Shown: positions 20,513 to 31,561 of the stretch, piece after piece
How the letters are laid out: each line of letters starts with the position of its first letter
Position numbering within the stretch: the stretch's first letter is position 1
DNA from: a virus
DNA: 64,000 bases
IMG/VR virus record: IMGVR_UViG_3300029957_000006
Coordinates: 32,001-96,000 of that record
Reading direction: 5' to 3' (one strand)
Made by a program: the position numbers and the translations under genes
Notes under the pieces: generated by a model
What the model saw: the letters and a program-made list of their open reading frames with translations, nothing else
What the model was told of the DNA's origin: nothing
The model's database searches: none

Positions 20513-20903
20513 TTTGAATATTTAACCAAGTTATAAATCTTTGCATCCCTGCCCATATTTCTGCTTCATGATGGAATGGTTCTTCAGCATCAGGTAATTC
20601 TTCTGATTTGAATTTATCTATCAAAGTTTTTATATGTAGTGTTGGATGTGATTCCTTTTTTACCTTTTCATTCATTGCATCAGCAATGAATTTACCAAGA
20701 TCATCTTGAAATTTCTCCGCTTTTTCGAAATCAATTTCTCCTTTTGAATTCTTGAATAGATTTTGAATGGCACCCCATGCTCTTACATCAGCTAACATTT
20801 GGTGATCACCTTTTTTATCAATACCCCAAATATATCCTGATCCATGTTCATCAAACTTTGTTGTTCCGATGAATTCAATTAGTGTTGGTATTTTAGATTC
20901 CAT
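20493..20903 (-). CDS. hypothetical protein
   Basis: ORF in operon. Confidence 0.6.
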   Translation of the reverse strand: MESKIPTLIEFIGTTKFDEHGSGYIWGIDKKGDHQMLADVRAWGAIQNLFKNSKGEIDFEKAEKFQDDLGKFIADAMNEKVKKESHPTLHIKTLIDKFKSEELPDAEEPFHHEAEIWAGMQRFITWLNIQNEKENK

Positions 20904-21293
20904 TGTTATTCCTTTGTTTAGTTTATTTAACCGCCTCTACACTCTTATTTTCATTTTCATGCTTCTCAAATTTATCCCATACTTCAACTTCTGTTTCTCC
21001 GTATTCATTTTCAAACCATTCCCAAAAATCATCATACCTCGCTAATCTGTATTTCAGTTCATCTCGCTCCTCTCTCAAATGAGAAGCTATATCTAATTGT
21101 TCACTTTTAATTCCTTCCAACATCTTTATCAATTTATGCCATCGCTGACGGTTAATTACAGTGTTATTATTAAAGCAAACATTAACCAACCCCAACCATC
21201 CATGTTATTGGAAGCCAGAATGATTATCCCCACAATTAAAGAGAATTGAATGAATCTTAATCCTCGTGTGTTATCAAAAAAATCTTTCATAGT

Positions 21294-22346
21294 TTATTTG
21301 TTGTGAGACCTTAATGCCTCGTAACTTAAATTGTTATTTAATGCTGCCATTGCAAATCCAATTTGTTTAGCAACACTTATCACTCTAATCTTATCACAGC
21401 CTTTTTTAATACTTATACAAGCTGATTCATTATAATTACGTCCACATAATTGAAGATAATTTGGCTTAATCAATGAATCACTGATTATTAATTCAGTTAA
21501 TACTGACTCACCAATATTTTCAAAAGCATGACCAGATAACACACCATGACTGATAATTGCTCTTACACTTGTTGCACCAGCAGTCATAAGAACTTCAGCT
21601 GCTTTACACAATGTTCCTCCAGTATCAACCATATCATCAAGAATGATTACATCTTTACCAGTTACATCACCAATGATGATCATCTCATCAATTACATTTG
21701 CTGCTTTTCTTGTCTTATCCAACATGACATAATTGAATGCAAGATTATGATATTTCATCATTTGATCTTTCATACGTTTAACACGTTTTCCAGAACCAGC
21801 ATCTGGTCCACAGAAAACAAAGTTATGGGTTTCACCAGTAACTAGTGATTCAATATAGTCATCAAAAACAGTTTTTCCTTCAATATGTGTTACTGGAATA
21901 TTGAAGAATCCTTGAATTTGATCAGCATGCAAATCATACGTAATCACAGAAGTTGCACCACGTTGTTCAAGCATTTCAGCCATCACCTTAGCACCAATAG
22001 GACCACGTGATTGATCTTTCTTATCTTGACGTGCATAAGGAAAGTAAGGAAGGATTGGAATGATTTCTTTTGCAGCTGCACGTTTAGCAGCATCAATAGC
22101 CAATAATAGCTTCATGATTTCATCAGAAGTATTAGGACTTGATAAAATGTAAACACGTTTACCACGAACTGAATCAGTGAAATCAACACAAAGCTCTCCA
22201 TCAGAGAATTTTTGTGAATTCAAAATACCAAGTTCTACTCGTCCTTCTTTAGTAGGAGATTCTGGTTGACAAAATTGATTAGTATTATTGACAATTTCAT
22301 TTGCCAAATCAATTCTACCGTCTAATGAAAACAATAAAGAGTCCAT
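21294..22346 (-). CDS. prs: ribose-phosphate pyrophosphokinase family (Prs/Adps-like)
   Basis: FSDGE, PYFPYARQD, DLHADQIQGFF, PDAG, ILDDMVDTGGTL. Confidence 0.92.
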   Translation of the reverse strand: MDSLLFSLDGRIDLANEIVNNTNQFCQPESPTKEGRVELGILNSQKFSDGELCVDFTDSVRGKRVYILSSPNTSDEIMKLLLAIDAAKRAAAKEIIPILPYFPYARQDKKDQSRGPIGAKVMAEMLEQRGATSVITYDLHADQIQGFFNIPVTHIEGKTVFDDYIESLVTGETHNFVFCGPDAGSGKRVKRMKDQMMKYHNLAFNYVMLDKTRKAANVIDEMIIIGDVTGKDVIILDDMVDTGGTLCKAAEVLMTAGATSVRAIISHGVLSGHAFENIGESVLTELIISDSLIKPNYLQLCGRNYNESACISIKKGCDKIRVISVAKQIGFAMAALNNNLSYEALRSHNK

Positions 22347-22573
22347 GTTTTAGTTTTTATATGCGATTACTTTGTAAATTCCACATCCGAAAATTTTTCT
22401 CCAAAGAGATGTTTCAAATTTTATTGTAAAACCATTCTTTTCATAATTTGAAATAGTATTTAAGAAAAGTTCAGTAGTTGCACCCCACCCACCATTTGAT
22501 TCACCAGACTCCATTTGTTTTCTGGTATAATCCGATCTTCCTATTAAAAATCCTTTAGTAGTATTTTCCATTA

Positions 22574-22993
22574 CTATTTTAATTTGTTTTCTAGTGTTTT
22601 TAATATAATAGAAACACCTAGTAATCCAATTGTTATGATTAAGCTTGAAAATAAATAACCAATTCCGACCAATACACCAACACTAGCTATAAACCAAATA
22701 AAAGCTGCTGATGTTACTCCAACAACCTTATCTTCATGTTTAAAAATAACTCCACCACCAAGAAATCCAATTCCTGTAATTATTTGACCAATAACTCGTG
22801 TCGGATCAACATTGTGATTGACTAAGATAAAACTTGTAGTGGTAAATAAACAAGACCCTACACAGACTAATACATGTGTTCTTATACCAGCAACCTTATT
22901 CTTCATTTCTCGTTCCCAACCAATAATAATTCCACATAAGGTGGCTACTATTAGTTTTGGAAATAAATATAAGATCAATTCTATTTCAGTCAT
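22574..22993 (-). CDS. MgtC/SapB family membrane protein
   Basis: IGWERE, AGIRTH, DPTRVIGQIITGIGFLGGG. Confidence 0.92.
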   Translation of the reverse strand: MTEIELILYLFPKLIVATLCGIIIGWEREMKNKVAGIRTHVLVCVGSCLFTTTSFILVNHNVDPTRVIGQIITGIGFLGGGVIFKHEDKVVGVTSAAFIWFIASVGVLVGIGYLFSSLIITIGLLGVSIILKTLENKLK

Positions 22994-23030
22994 CGACACA
23001 AAGGTATGAATAATTTATCGAAATAACAAA

Positions 23031-23471
23031 TTATTCAATCAAATAATCTTTATATGTCTCATTACCATATTTCACGAAACTTCTAACCAGACTACTTGAA
23101 ATATGTGGTAAAAGCCTATCAGTAAAGATACTAACCATTTGAATATCTGGCATGAGGTCTTGAAGAATATAATAATAATTGATCTCTGCTTGAAGATCAT
23201 GAGTATTTCTAAGGCCACGAATCAATGTGACTTTATTTTCACCATCACCTTGTAATTTCTTAACAACATCTGTAATCAATTCTAACTCAGTTAAAATGAT
23301 TACTTCTCTGTTCATTAAGGTTTTAGGTAGGACCCAAGAACTAGCAGCTTTATCTGGATTAACACCTCGTACTATGATGACCTTATCAAAGATTTTTTCA
23401 GCCTTTAATAATATATCGTAGTGTCCTTTATGAAAAGGATTAAAGCTTCCAGCATATATGCCTATTGTCAT
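23031..23471 (-). CDS. coaD: phosphopantetheine adenylyltransferase-like nucleotidyltransferase
   Basis: YAGSFNPFHKGH, RGLR, ISSSLVR. Confidence 0.8.
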   Translation of the reverse strand: MTIGIYAGSFNPFHKGHYDILLKAEKIFDKVIIVRGVNPDKAASSWVLPKTLMNREVIILTELELITDVVKKLQGDGENKVTLIRGLRNTHDLQAEINYYYILQDLMPDIQMVSIFTDRLLPHISSSLVRSFVKYGNETYKDYLIE

Positions 23472-23645
23472 TTTCTTATGAATTTAAAGTAGAGATAAAT
23501 AAGTCCAGTGATAAGTCCAGCGATAAACGCAAGCTTCAACCAAAAGAAGAAGAACATGAATCCTAATATCATTCCTTTGATCATGAATACTACCAGTAAT
23601 ACTAGTAAAAATATTCCAATAATTTTAATTGTTTTCATAGTTAGT

Positions 23646-24011
23646 TTATTGTTTAAGTTTTTTCCAAATTCTATCATGATACTTTGTCTTGAACTTACCT
23701 AATTCAAAACTTCCATTAAATAATATTACTTCCAAAGCTATTGGTAATTCGTTATAAAGCTTATCCCATTCTGATTTTTGTTCATCTGAATAAATTTTAA
23801 TCTCACTAGTATTCAATGGGTCAAAATCAGCTGGCTGTCCATTAAGAATAAGGTCCATAGCATCATAGATATTATTTTCACCAAATGGTGGCGCAATATC
23901 ATCACCATCATCAGCAACTCCGCTAATGATCTTTTCCTTATTCATACTCCAACGTAAGTATTTTAAAAGCTTTACGTGTTGTTCTGTTAGTTCAAATATA
24001 ATTACACTCAT
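23646..24011 (-). CDS. hypothetical protein
   Basis: ORF in operon. Confidence 0.6.
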   Translation of the reverse strand: MSVIIFELTEQHVKLLKYLRWSMNKEKIISGVADDGDDIAPPFGENNIYDAMDLILNGQPADFDPLNTSEIKIYSDEQKSEWDKLYNELPIALEVILFNGSFELGKFKTKYHDRIWKKLKQ

Positions 24012-24304
24012 TTTTGTGGATCGTATAATGTGTAGCTGGCTGTTATTTCTTCACCAGCTTTTATTTCTCTTAATGAAATCAATCTAATAAAATCACCTTC
24101 TATTTCAACATAACAGTTTGGTTCAGTTGAATGATTGAAGAAGCCACCTAATGGTGTTCTGATATAACCATCTTGAAATCTATCATCACGAACATGTGTT
24201 ATCCCCAATAGATGTTGTGCATCTATATTATCATTTGTGAATAACCCTAGTCCATCAATTTTAGATGGTTTAATTGTCAGATATGTTGGTAATGGCTTAT
24301 ACAT
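24008..24304 (-). CDS. SET domain protein
   Basis: GLGLF, FNHSTEPNC, IKAGEEITASY. Confidence 0.9.
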   Translation of the reverse strand: MYKPLPTYLTIKPSKIDGLGLFTNDNIDAQHLLGITHVRDDRFQDGYIRTPLGGFFNHSTEPNCYVEIEGDFIRLISLREIKAGEEITASYTLYDPQK

Positions 24305-24305
24305 T

Positions 24306-25049
24306 TTAATTAGTGATTGATTCTCTGCTCATTATTTCTTTTACTACTTCAGCAACACCTTCAACTGCTTTTTTATTCACATATTGTACTTTGATCCCAT
24401 AATTATCCAAGTATTTCATTGGCGATGGATCAATGTAATAAACCTCACATTGTTCTGGAACACGTTTTACGTTATTCAGCATTGGAAGTGTATAACCAAT
24501 TTGTAGACTGGTTCCAATAATAAGTAAGATATCAGCATCAAGTATTGCTCGTGTTGCTTCAGATACACCAAATGGATATTCACCAAACCATACAATATGT
24601 GGACGTAATTGTGAACCTGTCGTAGGACACTTATCACCTAGATTGATATCATTGTAACCAATATCAATGATCGTGTCAGCTGGGCTAGATTTATGTGCAT
24701 ATAAACAACCTCTAGCCTTGGTTAGATCACCATGCAAATGAATTATGTTTGTTGATCCAGCTCGTTCATGAAGGTTATCAACATTCTGTGTTATGATTGT
24801 TACATCATAATTCTTTTCCAATTCAACAAGTGATATGTGTGCTAGGTTAGGTTCAACATCTGGTAATTGCTTTCTACGTTCATTGTAGAAATTCAACACC
24901 ATTTCACGATTCTTCTTCCAACCTTCTGGTGTTGCGACATCTTCAATTCTATAGTTATTCCATAGACCATCCTTAACATCTCTAAATGTAAGGATACCGC
25001 TTTCTGCTGAAATTCCAGCACCAGTAAAAATTGCTATTTTCTTTTTCAT
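24306..25049 (-). CDS. cobB: Sir2/CobB-family NAD-dependent deacylase
   Basis: GAGISAESG..TFR, TQNVDNLHERAG, HLHG, RPHIVWFGE, GTS. Confidence 0.93.
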   Translation of the reverse strand: MKKKIAIFTGAGISAESGILTFRDVKDGLWNNYRIEDVATPEGWKKNREMVLNFYNERRKQLPDVEPNLAHISLVELEKNYDVTIITQNVDNLHERAGSTNIIHLHGDLTKARGCLYAHKSSPADTIIDIGYNDINLGDKCPTTGSQLRPHIVWFGEYPFGVSEATRAILDADILLIIGTSLQIGYTLPMLNNVKRVPEQCEVYYIDPSPMKYLDNYGIKVQYVNKKAVEGVAEVVKEIMSRESITN

Positions 25050-25474
25050 AATTTCGTTGTTTCGTCTCCACTTTTCTTTTCAAGGACCTTTCGGCCCCAA
25101 CCATACTTTACCCAAGTTTTTGTATCTGCAAAATATTCCCACCAGTGTGGTATCCATTTACCAAAGAAAACAATAGTCCAAGTACTAGGATCAGCTTTTA
25201 GTATTCTATGACAGTAATTCTTTGGTAGATATCTAGGCTTAAGCCATTGATGAACTACCTTGAATTTTATCTGACCATCTTCAATTACTTCTTCTGTGTA
25301 TTTTCCGTTTAAAAGAAACGCTATACTACTAAATGCGTGTGTATGAAATCTGTTTTGTTTAATGGTTTTCCAATTATACAACCAAATACCACCTAGATAC
25401 TTGCTTTCAAATATTGTATATTGAATGATATGACCATCGCCTAACTCAACTCGTTTCTTTTTAAAGAAGATCAT
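25046..25474 (-). CDS. cupin-like hypothetical protein
   Basis: FHTH...G.Y.E...HRI pattern. Confidence 0.5.
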   Translation of the reverse strand: MIFFKKKRVELGDGHIIQYTIFESKYLGGIWLYNWKTIKQNRFHTHAFSSIAFLLNGKYTEEVIEDGQIKFKVVHQWLKPRYLPKNYCHRILKADPSTWTIVFFGKWIPHWWEYFADTKTWVKYGWGRKVLEKKSGDETTKL

Positions 25475-25770
25475 TATTTCTTGCTTCCTTTTATAATAAG
25501 ATTAAGCATTCTTAATAAGAACCAAAGACCACCAACGAATCCGAAGTTATACCAACCTCCATTATTATTCACAGCATAGACAGCAATATCATCACTGAAT
25601 AAGCTACCAATAAATGAGAATTGACAAATCATTCCATGCCATACACCACCCCAGAATCCATAAGTATGTTCAGATGCTAATAAGCAAGGTTGAATATGTG
25701 ATACGTCAGCACAGCCAGTTGCAAGTGCGATAACTAGCAATGCTAGTCCTAATAGTGTTAAATTTTTCAT
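25474..25770 (-). CDS. putative membrane lipoprotein
   Basis: Signal peptide ending LATGC; GFWGGVWHG; hydrophobic C-terminus. Confidence 0.6.
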   Translation of the reverse strand: MKNLTLLGLALLVIALATGCADVSHIQPCLLASEHTYGFWGGVWHGMICQFSFIGSLFSDDIAVYAVNNNGGWYNFGFVGGLWFLLRMLNLIIKGSKK

Positions 25771-25898
25771 GTTTTTTTATTTATTTTTTATTTGTTATTC
25801 TAAATCCAGCAATCCATAAGTCTATTCTAAAAAACCATGAGCCATTATGTTTACCAAATCCTATTCGAAGCATTCGGTTATCTTTATCTAATGGTATT

Positions 25899-26339
25899 TT
25901 ATTGATTACCATATTTAGTTTTCATAAACTCCAAAACCTCAAGCCATTCAGTTTCTGGATCGAAACCAGCCTTGTCTTCAAATAAGACATTCATGTAAGG
26001 TTTTTTATCATAGCATCCATAACCATTGGGTTGTGTTTCAACTTCTGGATTCTCATTAATGAATTTGAATTTAATATCAAATTGTTTAAATAATTCAACA
26101 TATTGTTGAATTTCATGTGGATGAGAACAAGTATAAATTACCATTTCAACATCAGGTAATTTGGTCAAAAATTGAAGACACTCAATAGCATAAGGATAAA
26201 AATCCTTTGGTGTATTACCATATTCATAATTTGGTTTAAGTATGGTTCCATGTATGTCAAAGAACCAATAAGTTTTATCCCAATTACGTTTTTCTTTATA
26301 TTCGAAGTGATTAACTTCTATTGCCTTGATGATTCCCAT
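25899..26339 (-). CDS. HAD-like protein
   Basis: FDIHGT, YTCS, KPY...EDKAGF. Confidence 0.65.
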   Translation of the reverse strand: MGIIKAIEVNHFEYKEKRNWDKTYWFFDIHGTILKPNYEYGNTPKDFYPYAIECLQFLTKLPDVEMVIYTCSHPHEIQQYVELFKQFDIKFKFINENPEVETQPNGYGCYDKKPYMNVLFEDKAGFDPETEWLEVLEFMKTKYGNQ

Positions 26340-26525
26340 GTTATTTTATTTCAAAAAATTTTACAAAATCAGTTCTTTTCATTGATACAAATGTCGTATC
26401 ATTTCTGAAAAAGACAGTATCACCAAATGCATTTACTTCTTTTGGGACCCATGCCTTTACAACATCAATATCCAAATTTAATTCTCCTTCGTTGGCAATA
26501 CCAACACTTACAGTTTCTTTTGTCA

Positions 26526-26966
26526 TTAGTCAATTAGAATTACTTCTACATTAGATTCTTCCAGCATTTGAAGAGCTGCTCGAAAATGCTCTCCCCATGT
26601 TTCATGTTCAACATCTGGTGTTGGTGAATAAAGTTTAATTATACCAGATTGAATAATACCTCTAGCACAATCGCTACAAGGGAACATTGTTACATACATG
26701 CTACAACCTTTTAGTGTAACACCATGTCTTGCAGCATGAAATATAGCATTTCGTTCTGCATGTTCGGTAAATAAGTATTTATGGGGTTTCACATAACGAG
26801 ATTCAACTGAATCATCACAACCTCTTGGGAAGCCATTATATCCAACTGAAATTACTATATGATCTGGATCAACAATTACAGCACCATTCTTGCGATTGGT
26901 ATCTTTACTCCATTGAGCAATATGTTTAGATAATTCAATAAATTTTAAATCCCAATGGTTTGTCAT
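26526..26966 (-). CDS. dCMP deaminase
   Basis: GYNGFPRG, HAERNAI, PCSDCARGIIQSGI. Confidence 0.92.
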   Translation of the reverse strand: MTNHWDLKFIELSKHIAQWSKDTNRKNGAVIVDPDHIVISVGYNGFPRGCDDSVESRYVKPHKYLFTEHAERNAIFHAARHGVTLKGCSMYVTMFPCSDCARGIIQSGIIKLYSPTPDVEHETWGEHFRAALQMLEESNVEVILID

Positions 26967-26997
26967 CTGTACAAAGGTACTAAAAATTTTCGAATAA

Positions 26998-27453
26998 TCA
27001 AATGTTTTTTTCGTAATTTACGATAGTAACATATTCACCAGCAAATTCTTCTTGAAGGATACGTTCAATAACAGTCCAATCACCTCCAGCTAATCCAGCA
27101 CCAAGCTTGGGTAGTGCAAAACGTTTACCAGTGAATTTCTGCTTCATTAAACGAAGTCCAGATCGCAATGCATTATAGTCTAGGTCCATTTCATTACGTC
27201 TACGTCCAGTATAATCATATTGGCCATAAATATTAACAATGATTGGAGTAGTGTTTTCAGTATAGGTAATGGTTCCAAGCTTTGATTTATCTCCTTTTAC
27301 CGTAGCATTATCTACAGCATAAGCTTCTGGAAATTTAGCTTTTATTTGTGGGGCAATGCCAGAACCCATCGTATTAAAGCAATTGCAACAGTGACCTATT
27401 ACGTCAAATTGTTCGGCATCTCTTACAAGATCACCAGTTATGTATGTTATCAT
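26998..27453 (-). CDS. macrodomain protein (ADP-ribose processing)
   Basis: GDL, HCCNCFNTMGSGIA, PKLGAGLAGGDW. Confidence 0.9.
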   Translation of the reverse strand: MITYITGDLVRDAEQFDVIGHCCNCFNTMGSGIAPQIKAKFPEAYAVDNATVKGDKSKLGTITYTENTTPIIVNIYGQYDYTGRRRNEMDLDYNALRSGLRLMKQKFTGKRFALPKLGAGLAGGDWTVIERILQEEFAGEYVTIVNYEKNI

Positions 27454-27643
27454 AAATCTTAATTATCAAAGGCTTTTAATTGTCGTTTAATTTCATCTAT
27501 TTTAGCATTCGTAACTAGAATTAAATCACCAATATTATTTGTATCATATTGTGCTCTTGCTTCAATTAATCGATTTAATACTGCTGTTTCAATATTTAAT
27601 TGAGACTTCAAGATAATTTCTAATACGTCTTTTTGTAATCCTG

Positions 27644-28141
27644 TCATAATAATTTTTTAATTAAAATTTCTTGTTTTATTTTCTCTCTGACTTGCATGAT
27701 TGCTTCGCCAAGCCAATTAGTTCCTTGCCATTTAGATTTATCTAAAATATCTGGATGATTTTCGTCCATACCAATTCCCCAAATACGATCTTCAGGACTA
27801 GCTTCAACGATTTCTCTATCATCGCTTTTTAATAATTCAAGTTTCATTTTTGGGTTTTGAATAAACTTAGCAAGATTTGCATCATAAACAATCTTACGAC
27901 ATACTCGATTCCAAATATCAGCATTAAAGCCTTTTATTTGACGACCATAAGCTTTTTGTTCATTTGGCTGATCAGTATTCATTATGTTGTTCAAAGCTTC
28001 ATAATCACCGAAGACTAGAGCTTTTTTAGCCATCATGTACTGTTCAGTACAATTGTATTCCACACCATCTATTGTAAATGGCGAAGGGCACCATTGACTA
28101 AAGGTGCCTCCCCAAAAGAATATGAATTTTTCTGTTGTCAT
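27644..28141 (-). CDS. NADAR family protein
   Basis: FSQW, EQYMMAKKA..FGD, EASPEDRIWGIG, GTNWLG. Confidence 0.92.
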   Translation of the reverse strand: MTTEKFIFFWGGTFSQWCPSPFTIDGVEYNCTEQYMMAKKALVFGDYEALNNIMNTDQPNEQKAYGRQIKGFNADIWNRVCRKIVYDANLAKFIQNPKMKLELLKSDDREIVEASPEDRIWGIGMDENHPDILDKSKWQGTNWLGEAIMQVREKIKQEILIKKLL

Positions 28142-28142
28142 T

Positions 28143-28658
28143 TTATTTACGTCTTAAATTAGCTTTTCTTATTGATGCTGATATCGTTTCTTCCATTGTA
28201 GAAAAGATATATGGAATGTAATTATTTCCATTTTTTTCTATTGATACCGCTTTCCACATGATATCTAAATAACCAATACGATAAGCATCATCTGGTCGGC
28301 CATAGATCATTTTTTCTGGTTCTCTACCTTGCCAAAAACCAAATTCCATATTGGTTGTTAATGCAATAAGCTCTCGTGTTCGTGGAATCCAGAACATTAT
28401 ACAATCAGCTTTTTTCAAGCCATTAAATTCCCATAATGGAATCCATGCCTTATTTTTATCCGATTCTGTTTTGCTGGTAAATTCTGGAACAATCAAGTCA
28501 CCAGTAAAACCTTGCTTTTCAAATTCTTCAATAGCTGCAAATCTCCAAGAAGTTAAATGTGGTTGATGACCTCTAACTGTTGGACCAGCAAGAAAAATTG
28601 ATGGTTTTGAAATAGTATTTATTTCAGTTTCTGATTCTTCGTATCTATGAACCTTCAT
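28143..28658 (-). CDS. nucleoside 2-deoxyribosyltransferase-like protein
   Basis: IFLAGPT, WE, FWIPR, TTNMEFG. Confidence 0.8.
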   Translation of the reverse strand: MKVHRYEESETEINTISKPSIFLAGPTVRGHQPHLTSWRFAAIEEFEKQGFTGDLIVPEFTSKTESDKNKAWIPLWEFNGLKKADCIMFWIPRTRELIALTTNMEFGFWQGREPEKMIYGRPDDAYRIGYLDIMWKAVSIEKNGNNYIPYIFSTMEETISASIRKANLRRK

Positions 28659-28663
28659 ACAAA

Positions 28664-30325
28664 TTATTGTTTTGCTGGTGCATACTCAATCAACAATGCT
28701 TGTTTAGTTGACATGATTTCAGCACTTGCTGGATAATTGTGATTTTCTGTTGTTCCAAGACTCAAAGGCATACTTGCCATTTGAGATTTAATATTTGCTT
28801 TGATAATCAAGAAGTCATCATCTTGTCCTTCACCAAATGGTTTATAAATGTTGGTACCATCGAAATAAGTAACCATTGCATCTTCACCTGATTCATGTTC
28901 AAAACAAATGGTTTTCTTAGCTCCCAATGCTTCTTTACTTCTGAGCAATTTGAAAGGACCTGGTAATGTTCCTTTACCAATTGTTTCGCTGAATTTCACA
29001 ACTGGACGATCTTCAGAACCAACAGATGATAAAGCATATTTTGCTGATAAGTTATCACGTTTCAAATTATTACGCAACCCACCACCTTGTCCGAATAATC
29101 CCCAAGTGTAGAATGCATATCCTTTTGCAATGAGTGCATCGATTTCTTCAAGAATATCTTCGCAAGATTTTCCATCACCGTCCAAGAAGTGAAATAATGT
29201 ACCACATTTCCAAGAACCAGTCTTGGTTGTCATTTCTGTGAACAGACCATTTGCAACTGAAAGATCGCAAATTTCAATGATTTGATCAAGTGTTGTATAT
29301 CCTTCTTTTGAAGAATCAGGACGAGCAACAACTACTTTACCATTACCTTCTTTGAGACTTCTCAAAGCTAGTGGCAATAACATATTTTTTACGGAGTTTT
29401 TAGCATCATAACAATCATCAACCATTGATACAATTTCATGGTTCTTACATGAGTTATAGATCGCTTCGTAACAATCATTTTCTTTTGTATATGATTGTAC
29501 GTTTCTGTGAGCAAGAGCATTTACACTTGAGAAGATGCCAATTGCTTCACCAGAATTTTTCCATGCTTGGTAAGCACCAGAAAACGTATCTGTACCACCA
29601 AAGGTGTATAAGTGAACCATTCCAAGTTCTTCTGATTCTTCAAGTGTCATACCAGCTCTGTCACCAAAGTCAGTAATCGTAATGCTGGCCCAGAAATTAA
29701 GCATTTCTTCTGACATATCTGGATCAACTTTAAGAATGCGTTCTTTGATACGCAATAAGAAGTGTTCATCTTGTGTAACACGTTCAGTAGTACTCCAAGT
29801 TTGGAGAATTTTAGATTCAAACCAAGCACCCAACACACCAAGTCCATCAACATCAGAGATGATTTCAATAGCTGGTTCATTTGGATAAATGACGCTTCCT
29901 TCACGCACAGCACGAATTTTAATTGGGGGACGGCCACCGAATTCATCAACAACTCTGCGCCAGATTTCTTCTGGGAATTCATATTCTTTGAATCCTTCCA
30001 TTGTAACCTTAGCATGAGCTAGGAAACGGATTGTTTCATCGATCTCAGCGTGTGTGATTGGTTCGTAGAATAATTTTTCAAGAATACGTTGGAGACCAAT
30101 AAAGATGATACGATTGTCAGCTTTACTGTAAATATGAGGATTAATCGTATTGAGATTTTTTCTGAATGTTACATAATAAACCGATTTTTCTTTAGCCTCT
30201 GGGCTTTCGAATTTATTAGAACCAATGGTATAAGCATCACCAAGCAATAGACGTGGTGTTTTATAAACTTTACGTTTTGGCAATACAACCGTTTTAACTT
30301 GTTCTGTTGTTGAGACTTCGTTCAT
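28664..30325 (-). CDS. nicotinamide phosphoribosyltransferase family (Nampt/Namat-like)
   Basis: DAY, DFGDR, GTDT, D.YD, ARPDS, FGQGGGL...RD. Confidence 0.85.
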   Translation of the reverse strand: MNEVSTTEQVKTVVLPKRKVYKTPRLLLGDAYTIGSNKFESPEAKEKSVYYVTFRKNLNTINPHIYSKADNRIIFIGLQRILEKLFYEPITHAEIDETIRFLAHAKVTMEGFKEYEFPEEIWRRVVDEFGGRPPIKIRAVREGSVIYPNEPAIEIISDVDGLGVLGAWFESKILQTWSTTERVTQDEHFLLRIKERILKVDPDMSEEMLNFWASITITDFGDRAGMTLEESEELGMVHLYTFGGTDTFSGAYQAWKNSGEAIGIFSSVNALAHRNVQSYTKENDCYEAIYNSCKNHEIVSMVDDCYDAKNSVKNMLLPLALRSLKEGNGKVVVARPDSSKEGYTTLDQIIEICDLSVANGLFTEMTTKTGSWKCGTLFHFLDGDGKSCEDILEEIDALIAKGYAFYTWGLFGQGGGLRNNLKRDNLSAKYALSSVGSEDRPVVKFSETIGKGTLPGPFKLLRSKEALGAKKTICFEHESGEDAMVTYFDGTNIYKPFGEGQDDDFLIIKANIKSQMASMPLSLGTTENHNYPASAEIMSTKQALLIEYAPAKQ

Positions 30326-30327
30326 GG

Positions 30328-30660
30328 TTATTGATTTTTAAAATTAATATACGTGATTTTGATATTGTGTTCTTGTGCAAATTTAATTTCTTCTTGTACC
30401 CCAAGTGATCCTTCCCAACCATCAACCATTAAGACATGCATTTCATTACATAGTATAAGTAAGTCAAAACTTAATTTACACCAGAAATTAAAGTCACTTG
30501 GAAGTTCAGCATGTTGAAGGATTGTTACACCACTAGTTACTGGTGATATACAACTGATACCATCTTTTAAAAGCTTAGCTGAGTATTGAGATATAGATTT
30601 GACTCTGTATTCAATTACAGCCTTGTTTTTATCAGAATATGGTATTGATAGAAATATCAT
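30328..30660 (-). CDS. DUF1937/NDT-fold small protein
   Basis: FLSIPYS, SPV, GWEGSLGVQEEI. Confidence 0.7.
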   Translation of the reverse strand: MIFLSIPYSDKNKAVIEYRVKSISQYSAKLLKDGISCISPVTSGVTILQHAELPSDFNFWCKLSFDLLILCNEMHVLMVDGWEGSLGVQEEIKFAQEHNIKITYINFKNQ

Positions 30661-30903
30661 TTATACTTAATTACGACACAAAGGTACTAAATAAATTTTA
30701 ATTAAACAAGTTTAGTTTAACTTTTCTGTTTTGATCCTCTATTGTTATAATATACCACCCTTAATTCTTCTATTTTTTCTATAACTTCCGTTAACTTTTC
30801 CTTTTCATTTTTTGATAAAAGACTTGATTTACTTAATTTAATAAGATTGCCTTTTGTACCATTAATGGAAGCATAAATATGTTTTCGATGATCTGTATAT
30901 GTT

Positions 30904-31362
30904 TTATTCATATGCGTTTACCATTCTTTTATTCTGTGATTCAGCATATTGGATGCAATTCTTGGTTCCACCACTACTCCCATCAAACATTGCCAGTAAA
31001 ATATCACAATTATCAACCATCCAAATATTTCTTTTTTGCATGTATTCTACACTATAATCATCCATACCAGACACATTAACAACCTCTTGTGCCTTATCTA
31101 AAAGGTATTGATTATAAGCTTTGCTTTTATCGCTCCAAACCTTAGCTTGATCAGTGAATGGAATTGCTGCAATGAGGGGGATTTCTAAATTGATAGCTGC
31201 TTGAGCTAGTGCTTGATCCCAACCTAAAGCCATCCCTGAGATAACCTTACTGGCTTTGAGACCCTTTAACCATTTCTCGGCTATTGTGACTAAGCGATCA
31301 AAATTGGCTTCAGTATAACCACCCAATTTATCAGGTCTATGTCCAGTGCCAGCTATTATCAT
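30904..31362 (-). CDS. SLOG family protein (YspA-like)
   Basis: TGHRP, SGMALGWD, RNIWMVD, GGTKNC. Confidence 0.88.
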   Translation of the reverse strand: MIIAGTGHRPDKLGGYTEANFDRLVTIAEKWLKGLKASKVISGMALGWDQALAQAAINLEIPLIAAIPFTDQAKVWSDKSKAYNQYLLDKAQEVVNVSGMDDYSVEYMQKRNIWMVDNCDILLAMFDGSSGGTKNCIQYAESQNKRMVNAYE

Positions 31363-31561
31363 TCCTCACTTGAATTATATTTGAGAGAATTCTTTTCTAA
31401 CAACTCAGTCATGTCACATAATTCATTTTGAATACTAGCTCTAATCGTTCCTAATTGAAGATATTCATCCTTAGACAACTTATCAATTCCTTTTAATTCA
31501 TCTCTATTTGTATGAGCAATTGCAAGACATAATTTTAAAAATGATTTTGTTGTTTTTGGTT

